Position numbers and translations under genes: made by a program
Virus record (IMG/VR): IMGVR_UViG_3300045988_082442
Coordinates: 149,709-213,708 of that record
From: a virus
Length of the DNA stretch: 64,000 nt
Direction: 5' to 3' (one strand)
Shown: positions 44,756 through 54,260 of the stretch, in pieces
Numbering within the stretch: the first letter of the stretch is position 1
Layout: every line of letters begins with the position of its first letter
The notes under the pieces: model-generated
The model's input: only the letters and a program-made list of their open reading frames with translations
What the model was told of the DNA's origin: nothing
The model's database searches: none

Positions 44756-47700
44756 ATGCCAAGAGGAATATTTCAATATGCACAAGACCTAATAAATGAC
44801 TCTTCTAAAAGTATTAATACAACTTATTCAAGTAATAGAATAGAAGAATTATTAGGTAATATGCAACTAACATTTCATAAAACAACTAACGTTTTAACAG
44901 AAAAGGTTATAGGTAATGTTCAAACTATTAATATTGCAGATATAACAACAAATATCTCAGATTTGAAAATAGGGCATATTATATTTGACACTTCTGAAAT
45001 ATTAGGAAGAATAATATCTATTGATAATACAGTTAATCAAGTTGATGTAGAAATATTACACGCTAACCTATCATCAGGTGGTTGTATTGAAATAAAAGGT
45101 TGTTTAGATACTGCTCCAACAGTATTTAATGCAGGAGATAAATATTTTAACACAACAACAAGCCTGTTATACACAGCCAATGCTAGTGGTTGGGATACAG
45201 GTTCAGCACCAGAATCAGAAACATTATATATAAATACAGATAATAATAAATTGTATGCTTATGTAAATGGTATATTTGATGTGTATGGTGGAAATGATTA
45301 TCAAATATCAACTAAAGTTGATAATGCTTTAAAAGAAATTACAGGAAGTGCAATATCATCTGAGGATGGTTTATATGTAAAAGATTTAGAGTTAGAATTA
45401 GCAAAATTAAATTGGGCACAAAAAACAGTTAATGAAGTTGGAGAATTTGAATTACTTGATGCACCAACTACTTTTAATCTTAAGAATGCTACAACATCTG
45501 GTAATGCAATAATTACAACTATACATCAAGATATCATATTAAAAGATGATATTACTAACTATGATAGTATTGAAATATATTTCGCACCTATTACAACTCT
45601 TGCTTCAGGTGTTCCACAGTCAACTCAATGTAGAGTAAACCAAATAGTATATAATAATTCAAATACAGCTATTGGAAATAATGGTTCTATACTAACTATT
45701 ACATTTGATTCTAATACAACAAGTGTATCAGGTTTTGGATTATACCATATTTCTCTACAAGGTTGGTTCAAAGATACCAAAACTTTACACATTTTGCAAG
45801 GAGTCAATTCAAGTGGTCAAGGATTTGATAAAATGTCCTTAGTAAGCATAGTTGGTAAGAAAACAAAATCAATTATAATTGACCCAGTAGAGTATGTCAA
45901 CACTACACAAGGAATAGAAGATACTCCAGTAGGACATATAATGGCAACTATGTCAAATAATGCTCCATTACATTACTTAATGTGCGATGGTAGCATTTAT
46001 AATATAGTAGATTATCCTTATTTAGCAGAACACTTTAAAACTGAATTTGGAAGTTATAATCATTTTGGAGGAGATGGAACTACAACATTTGCAGTACCAG
46101 ATTTACGAGGAGAATTCTTAAGAGGTACAGGAGCTAATAGTCATGCAAATCAAGGTAGCGGTGGAGCAATTGGTGAACACCAAGACGGTACATCTAGTCC
46201 TCTTATATTATCTAATACCAATAAGCGTATTTATTTTAGAGGTTACGCAACTACTACTGATTATGATTACAAAACAGGTGCTAAATCAACATCAATGATG
46301 ACTCCTGAAGGAGCATTATCAGGTACAGAAACACAAGAAGCAGCATATACATCAAGACCAACAAATACATCAGTTCTATATTGTATTAAATATGAACCAA
46401 CATACTTTATGAACATAGGTGATATTACTTATGAATATGGTTGTGAAAAGATATTAGGGTGTTTTGATACACCTCCTGCTAGTTTCATAATAGGTGATAA
46501 ATATTTTAATACAATTGATAATTTGATATATGAAGCAGATACTTCTACAACTTGGGGTGTGGGGCAAAATCCTAATACTGATGTAATATACTTAAACTTA
46601 GATAATAAGAAAATATATAATTTCAATAATGGTGTATTTGAGGTATTTGGTGGTTCAAGTTCAACATCAAGTGCAACTATCTCAAAACAACCTAATAATG
46701 CGATAGAACAAAAAGCAGATGGTATTTATGTATATGATTATGCATCAATGATTGCAAAGATACAAGATAAAAGATTTAGTGGTTTAGATAAAGGATATTA
46801 CTTTATTACTGGTAAAATGTCAGATACTACTAAAACTTGGAATGCTGGTTATTCTTTAATATCATTTATTAAAAATTCATTGGGTACAGGAAACTATATA
46901 GAAAATTCTGATTTAGCAGTTAGTACTAATGGTTATATTTCATTAACTGAAGGTGCTTGGTCATTATCTGCAGGAACAGTAAATGAATCTACAAATGCAA
47001 TAAAATATGTTTGGAAAGATAGTGATGGTAATGTATTAGGAAACCAAGGATTTGTACCAAGTGGAACAGATGGAAATACAAATATAGATGCTAATGCACT
47101 CGTAACAGTTAACAAAGGAGAAGTTTTAAATGTTGCACCTATAAGACTAGATACTAATGGAGCTATAGAGCAATTATATTCATTTGTGTCAATTCAAAGA
47201 GTTGGTACAACAGATGTTGACCCAGTAGCTTACTTATCAAAAGATGGTAACCTAGAAGAAACACCAGTAGGTTCAATAATTTCATACATGGGTAATAATG
47301 TACCAAAACATTATTTAGCTTGTGATGGTACTGTTTATAATATAGTTGATTACCCAGAATTAGCTTTACACATTAAAAATGAGTTTGGTTCTTATAATTA
47401 CTTTGATGGAGACGGTATAAATACATTTGCAGTACCTAATTTATCAGGTGAGTTCTTAAGAGGAACAGGAGCTAATTCGCGTACTAATCAAGGTAGCGGA
47501 GCTAATGTAGGTGAACACCAAGACGCAACCGAGTTTCCTAATTTATATGTATATGATGGTACTTTCCAATATTTATTTCCTGAAGACAGTACAAAAGGAA
47601 ATAATCTAGTTACATCACCTGATACAATGTTTGGTACAAGAAAATCATCAAGATATACTACTACTGGAACATCAGATGAAGATGATTATCCAGATTGTTT

Positions 47701-48601
47701 AAGATACACAACAAGACCAACAAATACATCAGTTCTATATTGCATTAAATATGAAACAACTCATAAAATATTCTTTGGAGACCAAACAACATATAAAGTT
47801 TCAGTACCAGTAACATATAACTTCCCACAAACAGCACAAATGGTTTGGGCAGAATTTGATACAGCAAATGCTGAAGATGATATATCAATGCTTGGTAGTT
47901 CATTAATTACATCACAAGGAGATGCATTTGTTGCTCCAATGGATGGTTATTATCATGCAACATTTATGTTTCCAGAACAGGCAGATATACCTGGAACAAA
48001 AGTAACTTATCATTGTACTTATATTTATAAAAATGGGGACGTTATAGGTGGTTCTGATAGACAAGATAATTCTACAAATATAAGAGTACCTCTAAATGAA
48101 TCATTTACATTAAAATTGAAGAAGGGTGATACAATAAATGTAGGTATGTATATGGGTGGTCAAACAGGTGCATTTACAAGAAATGGTCAAGCAACATTCT
48201 GCTTAGTTAACACTTTAAATGAAAACAAAACAGCAGAACTAATGAACAAACCAAATACTTGGGTAGTAGGACAAGAATATGACTTTGGTGATGGAATATA
48301 TGGACAAAGATTTACAGGTTCAAAAACAGCATCAAGTAATGTTGATACAGATGTATCTATTTCATTAGGTAATATGTCAGCACCAAAATTGATTGAAATG
48401 GGAGGATATTGGCAACCAACATCTACATTAGTTTCAGGTTTTCAACAATTTAATATGAATACCTATATTGGATCAGCTTTTTCAGGAGGTTGGTTATCTA
48501 GTGATGGTTCAACAGGAGCTTTAACACTTAGATTTAATAGATACGATCCTGGAATTAAATCATTATATTATGATGTATGGATACTATATACAAAACAATA
48601 A
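44756..48601 (+). CDS. composite tail fibre/receptor-binding protein, 1281 aa, with two tail-collar domains
   Basis: Two copies of IEDTPVG...Y..CDG..YNIVDYP.L......FG.YN.F.GDG..TFAVP.L.GEFLRGTG; two copies of the GC.EI.GC.DT.P module. Confidence 0.85.
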   Translation: MPRGIFQYAQDLINDSSKSINTTYSSNRIEELLGNMQLTFHKTTNVLTEKVIGNVQTINIADITTNISDLKIGHIIFDTSEILGRIISIDNTVNQVDVEILHANLSSGGCIEIKGCLDTAPTVFNAGDKYFNTTTSLLYTANASGWDTGSAPESETLYINTDNNKLYAYVNGIFDVYGGNDYQISTKVDNALKEITGSAISSEDGLYVKDLELELAKLNWAQKTVNEVGEFELLDAPTTFNLKNATTSGNAIITTIHQDIILKDDITNYDSIEIYFAPITTLASGVPQSTQCRVNQIVYNNSNTAIGNNGSILTITFDSNTTSVSGFGLYHISLQGWFKDTKTLHILQGVNSSGQGFDKMSLVSIVGKKTKSIIIDPVEYVNTTQGIEDTPVGHIMATMSNNAPLHYLMCDGSIYNIVDYPYLAEHFKTEFGSYNHFGGDGTTTFAVPDLRGEFLRGTGANSHANQGSGGAIGEHQDGTSSPLILSNTNKRIYFRGYATTTDYDYKTGAKSTSMMTPEGALSGTETQEAAYTSRPTNTSVLYCIKYEPTYFMNIGDITYEYGCEKILGCFDTPPASFIIGDKYFNTIDNLIYEADTSTTWGVGQNPNTDVIYLNLDNKKIYNFNNGVFEVFGGSSSTSSATISKQPNNAIEQKADGIYVYDYASMIAKIQDKRFSGLDKGYYFITGKMSDTTKTWNAGYSLISFIKNSLGTGNYIENSDLAVSTNGYISLTEGAWSLSAGTVNESTNAIKYVWKDSDGNVLGNQGFVPSGTDGNTNIDANALVTVNKGEVLNVAPIRLDTNGAIEQLYSFVSIQRVGTTDVDPVAYLSKDGNLEETPVGSIISYMGNNVPKHYLACDGTVYNIVDYPELALHIKNEFGSYNYFDGDGINTFAVPNLSGEFLRGTGANSRTNQGSGANVGEHQDATEFPNLYVYDGTFQYLFPEDSTKGNNLVTSPDTMFGTRKSSRYTTTGTSDEDDYPDCLRYTTRPTNTSVLYCIKYETTHKIFFGDQTTYKVSVPVTYNFPQTAQMVWAEFDTANAEDDISMLGSSLITSQGDAFVAPMDGYYHATFMFPEQADIPGTKVTYHCTYIYKNGDVIGGSDRQDNSTNIRVPLNESFTLKLKKGDTINVGMYMGGQTGAFTRNGQATFCLVNTLNENKTAELMNKPNTWVVGQEYDFGDGIYGQRFTGSKTASSNVDTDVSISLGNMSAPKLIEMGGYWQPTSTLVSGFQQFNMNTYIGSAFSGGWLSSDGSTGALTLRFNRYDPGIKSLYYDVWILYTKQ
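45365..45437 (+). repeat. 73-nt near-identical block shared by the two giant fibre genes, copy A
   Basis: GATGGTTTATATGTAAAAGATTTAGAGTTAGAATTAGCAAAATTAAATTGGGC(A/T)CAAAAAACAGTTAATGAAG; one mismatch to 50857-50929. Confidence 0.85.
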
Positions 48602-48609
48602 ATTTATTA

Positions 48610-48643
48610 AGCTTTAGGTAGTTGAAATATACTACTTAAAGCT
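48610..48643 (+). terminator. 13-bp hairpin between the two giant fibre genes
   Basis: AGCTTTAGGTAGT / ACTACTTAAAGCT (one G.T pair); weak T tail. Confidence 0.5.
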
Positions 48644-48675
48644 AAACTATAAATAAAAAGGAGGTTATTAAAATT

Positions 48676-51600
48676 ATGGCAAAAGGTATTATTCAATATT
48701 CAAAAGACATAGTAAATGATTCATTTGCTAGTACAGAAACAACTTATTCAAGTGTAAAGATAGAACAATTACTATCTACACTTTCAAGTGATATGTACAA
48801 GGTAAGTGATAAATTGTCTATGAAAACTGTGGGTGGTGTACAAACAATAAATCAGTCTGATTTACCAATAACACCAACAACACAGTTAAAACTAAATCAA
48901 ATAGTTTATGATACAAATAAGATATTAGGAATTATATCTGCTATTGATACTGTTAATCTTACTGTGGATGTTACAACTATACACTCAAATGAAGGTGAGG
49001 GTGGTTGTGAAATAATATTAGGGTGTTTTAATACACCTCCAACAGCAACATCAGCAGGAGATATGTATTACAATACTACAAATGGATTATTATATACAGC
49101 AGATGCTTCATTGACTTGGGATGTTGGTTCATTACCAGTTGAAAAAATAACATATCTTAATTTAGATGACCATAAAATATATGCTTTTACGAATAATCAA
49201 TTCGAGATATATGGCGGAAGTGAAGTTGAAATATCTTCAAAAATTGATAATGCTTTAACAGAGATAGCTTCAGGACCTGAGAAAGGTTTATATGTAAAAG
49301 ATTTAGAAGCAAAACTAAATCAAATAAGTTCTATACAAAGGGTAAATATAGGAAATGCTCCTGAATATATGTTAATTTATACAAGGGCAAAAGGAACCCC
49401 ATCTAGTAGAGCAGTTTCTCAAGGAACATACAATGTAACAAGTTGGCACAATGATTTAGAAACAAATATGGACTCTTCAAGATATGATGTAACATCTGCT
49501 AATGGATATGTAATTCTTAAAAAAGGTATTACCTATGAATTAGAATTTAGTACATTATCTAATTCTCTAGGAGCAAGCTATTATATTAGAAATGAAGCAG
49601 GACAAAACATTGGTAATAGAGGTTATATGTCCGCAAACTTAGGTAAGTGGTCAGATGAATCTATTAAAGGAATATATACACCTGAGAAAGATGAAAAAAT
49701 AACATTTGAAGTTACTTATCAAACACAGTTTTTTGCAGCTGACCTAGGAACAACAACTTTATCAACAACAGGTTCATACTATATGGATTGCTCTCATATA
49801 TTTATAAGACAGATAAATCCTTATGTGGTAGACCCAGTAGAACATGTTAATATAGACAAAGGAATAGAAGATACTCCAGTTGGACATATAATGTCTACAG
49901 CAGGAGAAACAACACCACCTCATTACTTACCTTGTGATGGATCAATATATAATATTGCAGATTATCCTTATTTATCTGAATATTTCAAAACAGAACTAGG
50001 TGCTTATAATTGTTATGGTGGTGATGGTATAACTACATTTGCAGTACCAAACATAAAGAATATTGAGAAACTAGGTACAACATCAATAGCAAATAATGCT
50101 TGGGCATCATCAATATATAGTAGTAATTATCCAGCAGCAAAAGCTTTCAATGGTATATTAGACACTAATAGTAATTACTGGCAAACAGTGGCATCTCCAA
50201 CTTTCCCTGTAGAAATAGGAATTGATTTAGAGAGTGGTTATGTAATCAAAAAATATGTATTACATAACTATGGTTGGTCAGCTGGGGCAATAGATGATAG
50301 ACCAACAAGCTGGACATTTGAAGGAAGTATAAATAAAGCAGATTGGGATATATTAGATACTCAAACAAATTATATTTGGACAACAGGTAAAGAAGGATTT
50401 AATATACCAAATGTTAGACCTTATAGATATTACAGATTTATAATAACAGCAACAATAGGAGGACAAAAATCACCTATATTAAACCAAGTAGAATTATTTG
50501 TAAATACAGAAAATCCCTCTCATATAAAATATGAACCAACTTATTTCTTCAATGTAGAAGGAGATGTAACATATGAATATGGATGTGAAACAATACTTGG
50601 TTGTTTTGATACAGCTCCAGCTATAACTGCAATAAATGATATGTATTACAACACAACTGATGGAAGAATATATACTTCAGTAGATGGAGTATCTTGGGAC
50701 ACAGGAACATATCCACAAAAAGATATATTATATGTTAGTATAGATGATAAAAAGATTTATGCTTATACTAATAATCAATTCGAAGTATATGGTGGCAATA
50801 CATTAATTTCTCCAAAAGCAGATAATGCATTAGAAGAAATAGCAGATGGAACAAACGATGGTTTATATGTAAAAGATTTAGAGTTAGAATTAGCAAAATT
50901 AAATTGGGCTCAAAAAACAGTTAATGAAGATTTAGAATATTTTAGTGCAACTGGAACAGAAAATGGTATATCTTTACCTGCATCTCCAAATTATAATTTC
51001 TTACCTTATTTAGATACTATTAAAACAAACTTAGACAGCTCAAGATATACAACACAGTATATAACATTAAAAGCTGGAAAGACATATCAATTATCATTTG
51101 GAACATTAAAATCTACCAATAATGCAACTGGTTCATCTTATCATATTGTTGATAGTCTTGGTAACCAAATTGGAAATAGAGGTTATACAGGTGGAGGTTA
51201 TGGTGATAGTATGGTTGATGTAATTTATACACCAACTTCTGATATTAAAATTAATCCGATGATTGTCACTAATGTAACAACATCTACATCTAAATATTTC
51301 CCTGACTGTTCATTCTTTATGGTAAAAGAAGTTAGTAGGACAATAACAATAGATCCAGTTGAATATGTTGATTCAACAAAAGGAATAGAAGATACACCAG
51401 TTGGTAGCTTAGTGCATTTACTTAAAGACACATCAATACCAAAACATTATTTAGCCTGTGATGGTACTGTTTATAATATAACTGATTACCCATATTTATC
51501 TGAATATATCAAAACTGAATTTGGGTCTTATAATCATTTCGGTGGTGATGGTATAACAACATTTGCTGTACCTTCTTTAGGAATAGCAGCAGGAGAAACT

Positions 51601-52392
51601 GTATATTCTTATGCATCAACAGGAAACAGAAATGATGAAGACACTTGGAATGCCACAGCAGATTGTACAGTAACATATACATTAGCTACTGGACTAGGAT
51701 ATAATGCAGTACTTTATGTAGATGGGGTTCAAGTTGATATGTCTAATCCCAATGTTCCTAATGTATCTACTTCTGGTACTATTACTTTAAATAAAGGACA
51801 AACACTTAAAGTTGAATGTGGAGATGCGGTAACTACTATTAAAGCTACTTCATTAAAAACAATTGCAGACCATTGGATTAAATATGAACCAACTTATTAC
51901 ATGGAATTAAATCAAGATGCTTATATAAATCAATATTGTGACTACTATGATACAAACGAAAGAATAGTTGGTAAATGGACTGATGGTAAACCAGTATATA
52001 GAAAAGTAGTTCCTGTAACCCTTCCTTCTGGTACTGGTGGTACAAGTACGGCACATGGAATTTCAAATATGGATACATTAGTAAATTATTCTTTAACTTG
52101 GTATGATACTTTAGATGGTGCATGGTATGATAGATTTAGATTATGGGAAGGATCTTATGGCATAGCTATGGAAATGAACATCAATGGAACAAATATAAAC
52201 ATAATCTCTAACAAAACCAATACCATTAATTGGACATCAAGAACTTCAAAAGCATATTCTATTTTAGAATATACTAAAACAACAGATGCACCAAATTCAT
52301 TTGATTATGGAATGATAATGGATCAATTTGCACAAGAAGCATTAGTAGATGTAGCAGTTACAGATGCTGAAGTAGATAAATGCTTTGAATAA
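48676..52392 (+). CDS. composite tail fibre/receptor-binding protein, 1238 aa, with two tail-collar domains and a discoidin (F5/8 type C)-like domain
   Basis: Paralog of 44756..48601; NNAWASSIYSSNYPAAKAFNG...YWQT...PTSWTFEGS resembles a discoidin carbohydrate-binding domain. Confidence 0.85.
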   Translation: MAKGIIQYSKDIVNDSFASTETTYSSVKIEQLLSTLSSDMYKVSDKLSMKTVGGVQTINQSDLPITPTTQLKLNQIVYDTNKILGIISAIDTVNLTVDVTTIHSNEGEGGCEIILGCFNTPPTATSAGDMYYNTTNGLLYTADASLTWDVGSLPVEKITYLNLDDHKIYAFTNNQFEIYGGSEVEISSKIDNALTEIASGPEKGLYVKDLEAKLNQISSIQRVNIGNAPEYMLIYTRAKGTPSSRAVSQGTYNVTSWHNDLETNMDSSRYDVTSANGYVILKKGITYELEFSTLSNSLGASYYIRNEAGQNIGNRGYMSANLGKWSDESIKGIYTPEKDEKITFEVTYQTQFFAADLGTTTLSTTGSYYMDCSHIFIRQINPYVVDPVEHVNIDKGIEDTPVGHIMSTAGETTPPHYLPCDGSIYNIADYPYLSEYFKTELGAYNCYGGDGITTFAVPNIKNIEKLGTTSIANNAWASSIYSSNYPAAKAFNGILDTNSNYWQTVASPTFPVEIGIDLESGYVIKKYVLHNYGWSAGAIDDRPTSWTFEGSINKADWDILDTQTNYIWTTGKEGFNIPNVRPYRYYRFIITATIGGQKSPILNQVELFVNTENPSHIKYEPTYFFNVEGDVTYEYGCETILGCFDTAPAITAINDMYYNTTDGRIYTSVDGVSWDTGTYPQKDILYVSIDDKKIYAYTNNQFEVYGGNTLISPKADNALEEIADGTNDGLYVKDLELELAKLNWAQKTVNEDLEYFSATGTENGISLPASPNYNFLPYLDTIKTNLDSSRYTTQYITLKAGKTYQLSFGTLKSTNNATGSSYHIVDSLGNQIGNRGYTGGGYGDSMVDVIYTPTSDIKINPMIVTNVTTSTSKYFPDCSFFMVKEVSRTITIDPVEYVDSTKGIEDTPVGSLVHLLKDTSIPKHYLACDGTVYNITDYPYLSEYIKTEFGSYNHFGGDGITTFAVPSLGIAAGETVYSYASTGNRNDEDTWNATADCTVTYTLATGLGYNAVLYVDGVQVDMSNPNVPNVSTSGTITLNKGQTLKVECGDAVTTIKATSLKTIADHWIKYEPTYYMELNQDAYINQYCDYYDTNERIVGKWTDGKPVYRKVVPVTLPSGTGGTSTAHGISNMDTLVNYSLTWYDTLDGAWYDRFRLWEGSYGIAMEMNINGTNINIISNKTNTINWTSRTSKAYSILEYTKTTDAPNSFDYGMIMDQFAQEALVDVAVTDAEVDKCFE
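50857..50929 (+). repeat. 73-nt near-identical block, copy B
   Basis: See 45365-45437. Confidence 0.85.
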
Positions 52393-52407
52393 AGGAGGTA
52401 AAGAAAT

Positions 52408-52809
52408 ATGTCAAAACCAAATGTAGGAATATTAGCAACTAAGGATTGGGTTACTAGTTTAATAAATAAAGTTATTAAAAAAGGGTTTAATGGTTATAGT
52501 ACTGACGAGAAAAGAATAGGAACTTGGTTAAATAATAAACCTTTATATAGAAAGGTAATTAGTATAAATCAATCTTATTCAACTGGTACAGATAATATTA
52601 TAATGACATTACCAGATACTGATGTTTTTGTAAGAACAGATGCCTTTCTAATATGGAGTGATGGGTCTAAACAAATGGTTTGTAGTTCAGGTGCTGATGA
52701 TGTTAGTCTTTATGTATCTAATAAGGATGAATTAAGATTTTTTAATCACTCTGGCTATGCTATAAATATGAAATATGCAATTCTAGAATATACAAAAACA
52801 ACAGATTAA
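52408..52809 (+). CDS. stand-alone receptor-binding head-domain paralog, 133 aa
   Basis: YSTDEKRIGTWLNNKPLYRKV...AILEYTKTTD matches the C-terminus of 48676..52392 (YDTNERIVGKWTDGKPVYRKV...SILEYTKTTD). Confidence 0.75.
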   Translation: MSKPNVGILATKDWVTSLINKVIKKGFNGYSTDEKRIGTWLNNKPLYRKVISINQSYSTGTDNIIMTLPDTDVFVRTDAFLIWSDGSKQMVCSSGADDVSLYVSNKDELRFFNHSGYAINMKYAILEYTKTTD

Positions 52810-52819
52810 TAGTTTAAAA

Positions 52820-52853
52820 TAGGCTTGTGATAATATCAAACTACACAAGCCTA
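52820..52853 (+). terminator. hairpin, possible terminator
   Basis: TAGGCTTGTG / CACAAGCCTA 10-bp stem. Confidence 0.5.
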
Positions 52854-52869
52854 CTTATCCATAAATTGA

Positions 52870-52885
52870 GTAAACTATTAATGAA
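52870..52885 (+). promoter_or_regulatory. late-type motif copy 11, variant (GTAAACTATTAATGAA)
   Basis: 18 nt before GTG 52903. Confidence 0.5.
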
Positions 52886-52902
52886 GGGAGGGGAACTGTA
52901 TA

Positions 52903-53559
52903 GTGGACTTTAAAACATTTTTCTCAGCAGAAAATATTACAGCTCTTGCAACTAATCTAGCTATTATTGTATTTGCATTAGTTACAGGGTATCACACATT
53001 TTCTAAAAAGTTTGCTGAGCTAAAGAAGAAAAGTAATGAGAGAACATCAATTAGAGGAGAGATAAAAAGACAGTCTGATACCGACATTAAAATATCAAAG
53101 AAGCTAGAAGAAATAAAAGAAATATTAAATGCTGATAGAGTTCAGATATATGACTTCCATAATGGTATACACTATGCAAATGGTAGAAGTGCTATAAAGA
53201 TAACTTGTACTTATGAGATTTGCAGATATGGAATAAAATCATATCAAAATCAATTAGCAGGAATTCCTATAAGCTGTCTACCAAATTTTATATCTTCCTT
53301 ATTATCAGATGGTGAATTTGTTTGCAAGGATATAGAATCCTTAAAGGAAACAAATCCTGCAACATATACTTTTAAAAAGAACATGCAAATATCTTCATTC
53401 TATGACGTAGTATTTCATAATGAAGAAGGAGAGATAGTAGGTTTTATTGCAATTCAATTCTGCAATAATAAATTTAATATAGATAGAGAAGTAGTACAAA
53501 AGTTAGTAGGTTATATAGAAGCTGAATTATCATCATTAATTGAGCCATCTAATAACTAA
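52903..53559 (+). CDS. membrane-anchored protein with GAF-like cytoplasmic domain, 218 aa, GTG start
   Basis: N-terminal TM helix ALATNLAIIVFALVTGY; ADRVQIYDFHNG...GEIVGFIAIQF pattern; late-type motif 52870-52885. Confidence 0.55.
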   Translation: MDFKTFFSAENITALATNLAIIVFALVTGYHTFSKKFAELKKKSNERTSIRGEIKRQSDTDIKISKKLEEIKEILNADRVQIYDFHNGIHYANGRSAIKITCTYEICRYGIKSYQNQLAGIPISCLPNFISSLLSDGEFVCKDIESLKETNPATYTFKKNMQISSFYDVVFHNEEGEIVGFIAIQFCNNKFNIDREVVQKLVGYIEAELSSLIEPSNN

Positions 53560-53612
53560 TATAATGTGAGCAAGAAGTTTGAAAGTATGTCAAGCTTCTT
53601 ATTTTTATTTTA

Positions 53613-53628
53613 GTAAAATATTAATGAG
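53613..53628 (+). promoter_or_regulatory. late-type motif copy 12
   Basis: 14 nt before ATG 53642. Confidence 0.6.
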
Positions 53629-53641
53629 GGGGTAGGTATAT

Positions 53642-53857
53642 ATGGGTAAATCCACATTTTCTTATGATACTATTGACGAAGCACATGAAATATCTGTAAA
53701 TGCTCATATTGCAGAGGTATCTCGTATGATAGAAGAAGTCAGAAACTATGCTCGTCATTTGGATAAATATGAAGAAAGAAAAGAAATCCCAACAGATGAA
53801 GTAGCAGATACATTGTTTGATTTAACATCTGGATGGGGTTATATAGAAAAGATGTAA
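53642..53857 (+). CDS. hypothetical protein, 71 aa
   Basis: Late motif 53613-53628 upstream. Confidence 0.7.
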   Translation: MGKSTFSYDTIDEAHEISVNAHIAEVSRMIEEVRNYARHLDKYEERKEIPTDEVADTLFDLTSGWGYIEKM

Positions 53858-53870
53858 TAAGGAGGTTATT

Positions 53871-54134
53871 ATGAATATAAAATATGACTTAAAAACAGTA
53901 GCAAATCAGATAGCTCAAACATCTGGTGGACTAATTAGAAGAATGAAGAAATATGAAGATAGTACTGAGGAATATTTTATTTCTGAAGTTACAGAACAAA
54001 TGCTATTAGATTTAGGTTTTACATATAAAGGTTATACAAGCTATGGGGTTGCTCCTTATTATGAAAAGAGCAATATACTTGCATACTTTGACGATGTAGT
54101 TCTACATGTAATGGAAATAACATATAGTGCTTAA
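53871..54134 (+). CDS. hypothetical protein, 87 aa
   Basis: AAGGAGG RBS. Confidence 0.75.
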   Translation: MNIKYDLKTVANQIAQTSGGLIRRMKKYEDSTEEYFISEVTEQMLLDLGFTYKGYTSYGVAPYYEKSNILAYFDDVVLHVMEITYSA

Positions 54135-54173
54135 GCCAAGTTTTAAAATATGTCAAGTTTTTATTTTGGTTAA

Positions 54174-54189
54174 GTAAAATATTAATGAG
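54174..54189 (+). promoter_or_regulatory. late-type motif copy 13
   Basis: 72 nt before protease ATG 54261. Confidence 0.6.
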
Positions 54190-54260
54190 GACGGAAGAAT
54201 ATTATTATTTTCTTTCTATTCTCATACATGTATTTGAATAAAAAGAAGAGAGGTAATAGC

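Noticed and set aside
44756-52392. Possible diversity-generating retroelement (template/variable repeat pair) in the fibre genes
   Set aside because: The only near-identical repeat (73 nt) differs at one position rather than at many adenines. It lies in a conserved, not C-terminal variable, region. No reverse transcriptase ORF is present in the window.
38165-52392. Repetitive arrays that might be mistaken for CRISPR or tandem DNA repeats
   Set aside because: The repeats are in-frame protein modules of variable sequence and spacing. There are no short identical direct repeats with unique spacers.
53577-53600. Reverse-strand TTGACA-like box (CTTGACATACTTTCAAACTT), with a similar one at 54141-54166 (CTTGACATATTTTAAAACTTGG)
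   Set aside because: Both resemble the early cassette on the - strand. They lack a usable -10 hexamer at 17 nt and have no - strand gene downstream. The first is also simply one arm and loop of terminator 53571-53612. They are probably decayed cassette relics, and I do not call them promoters.
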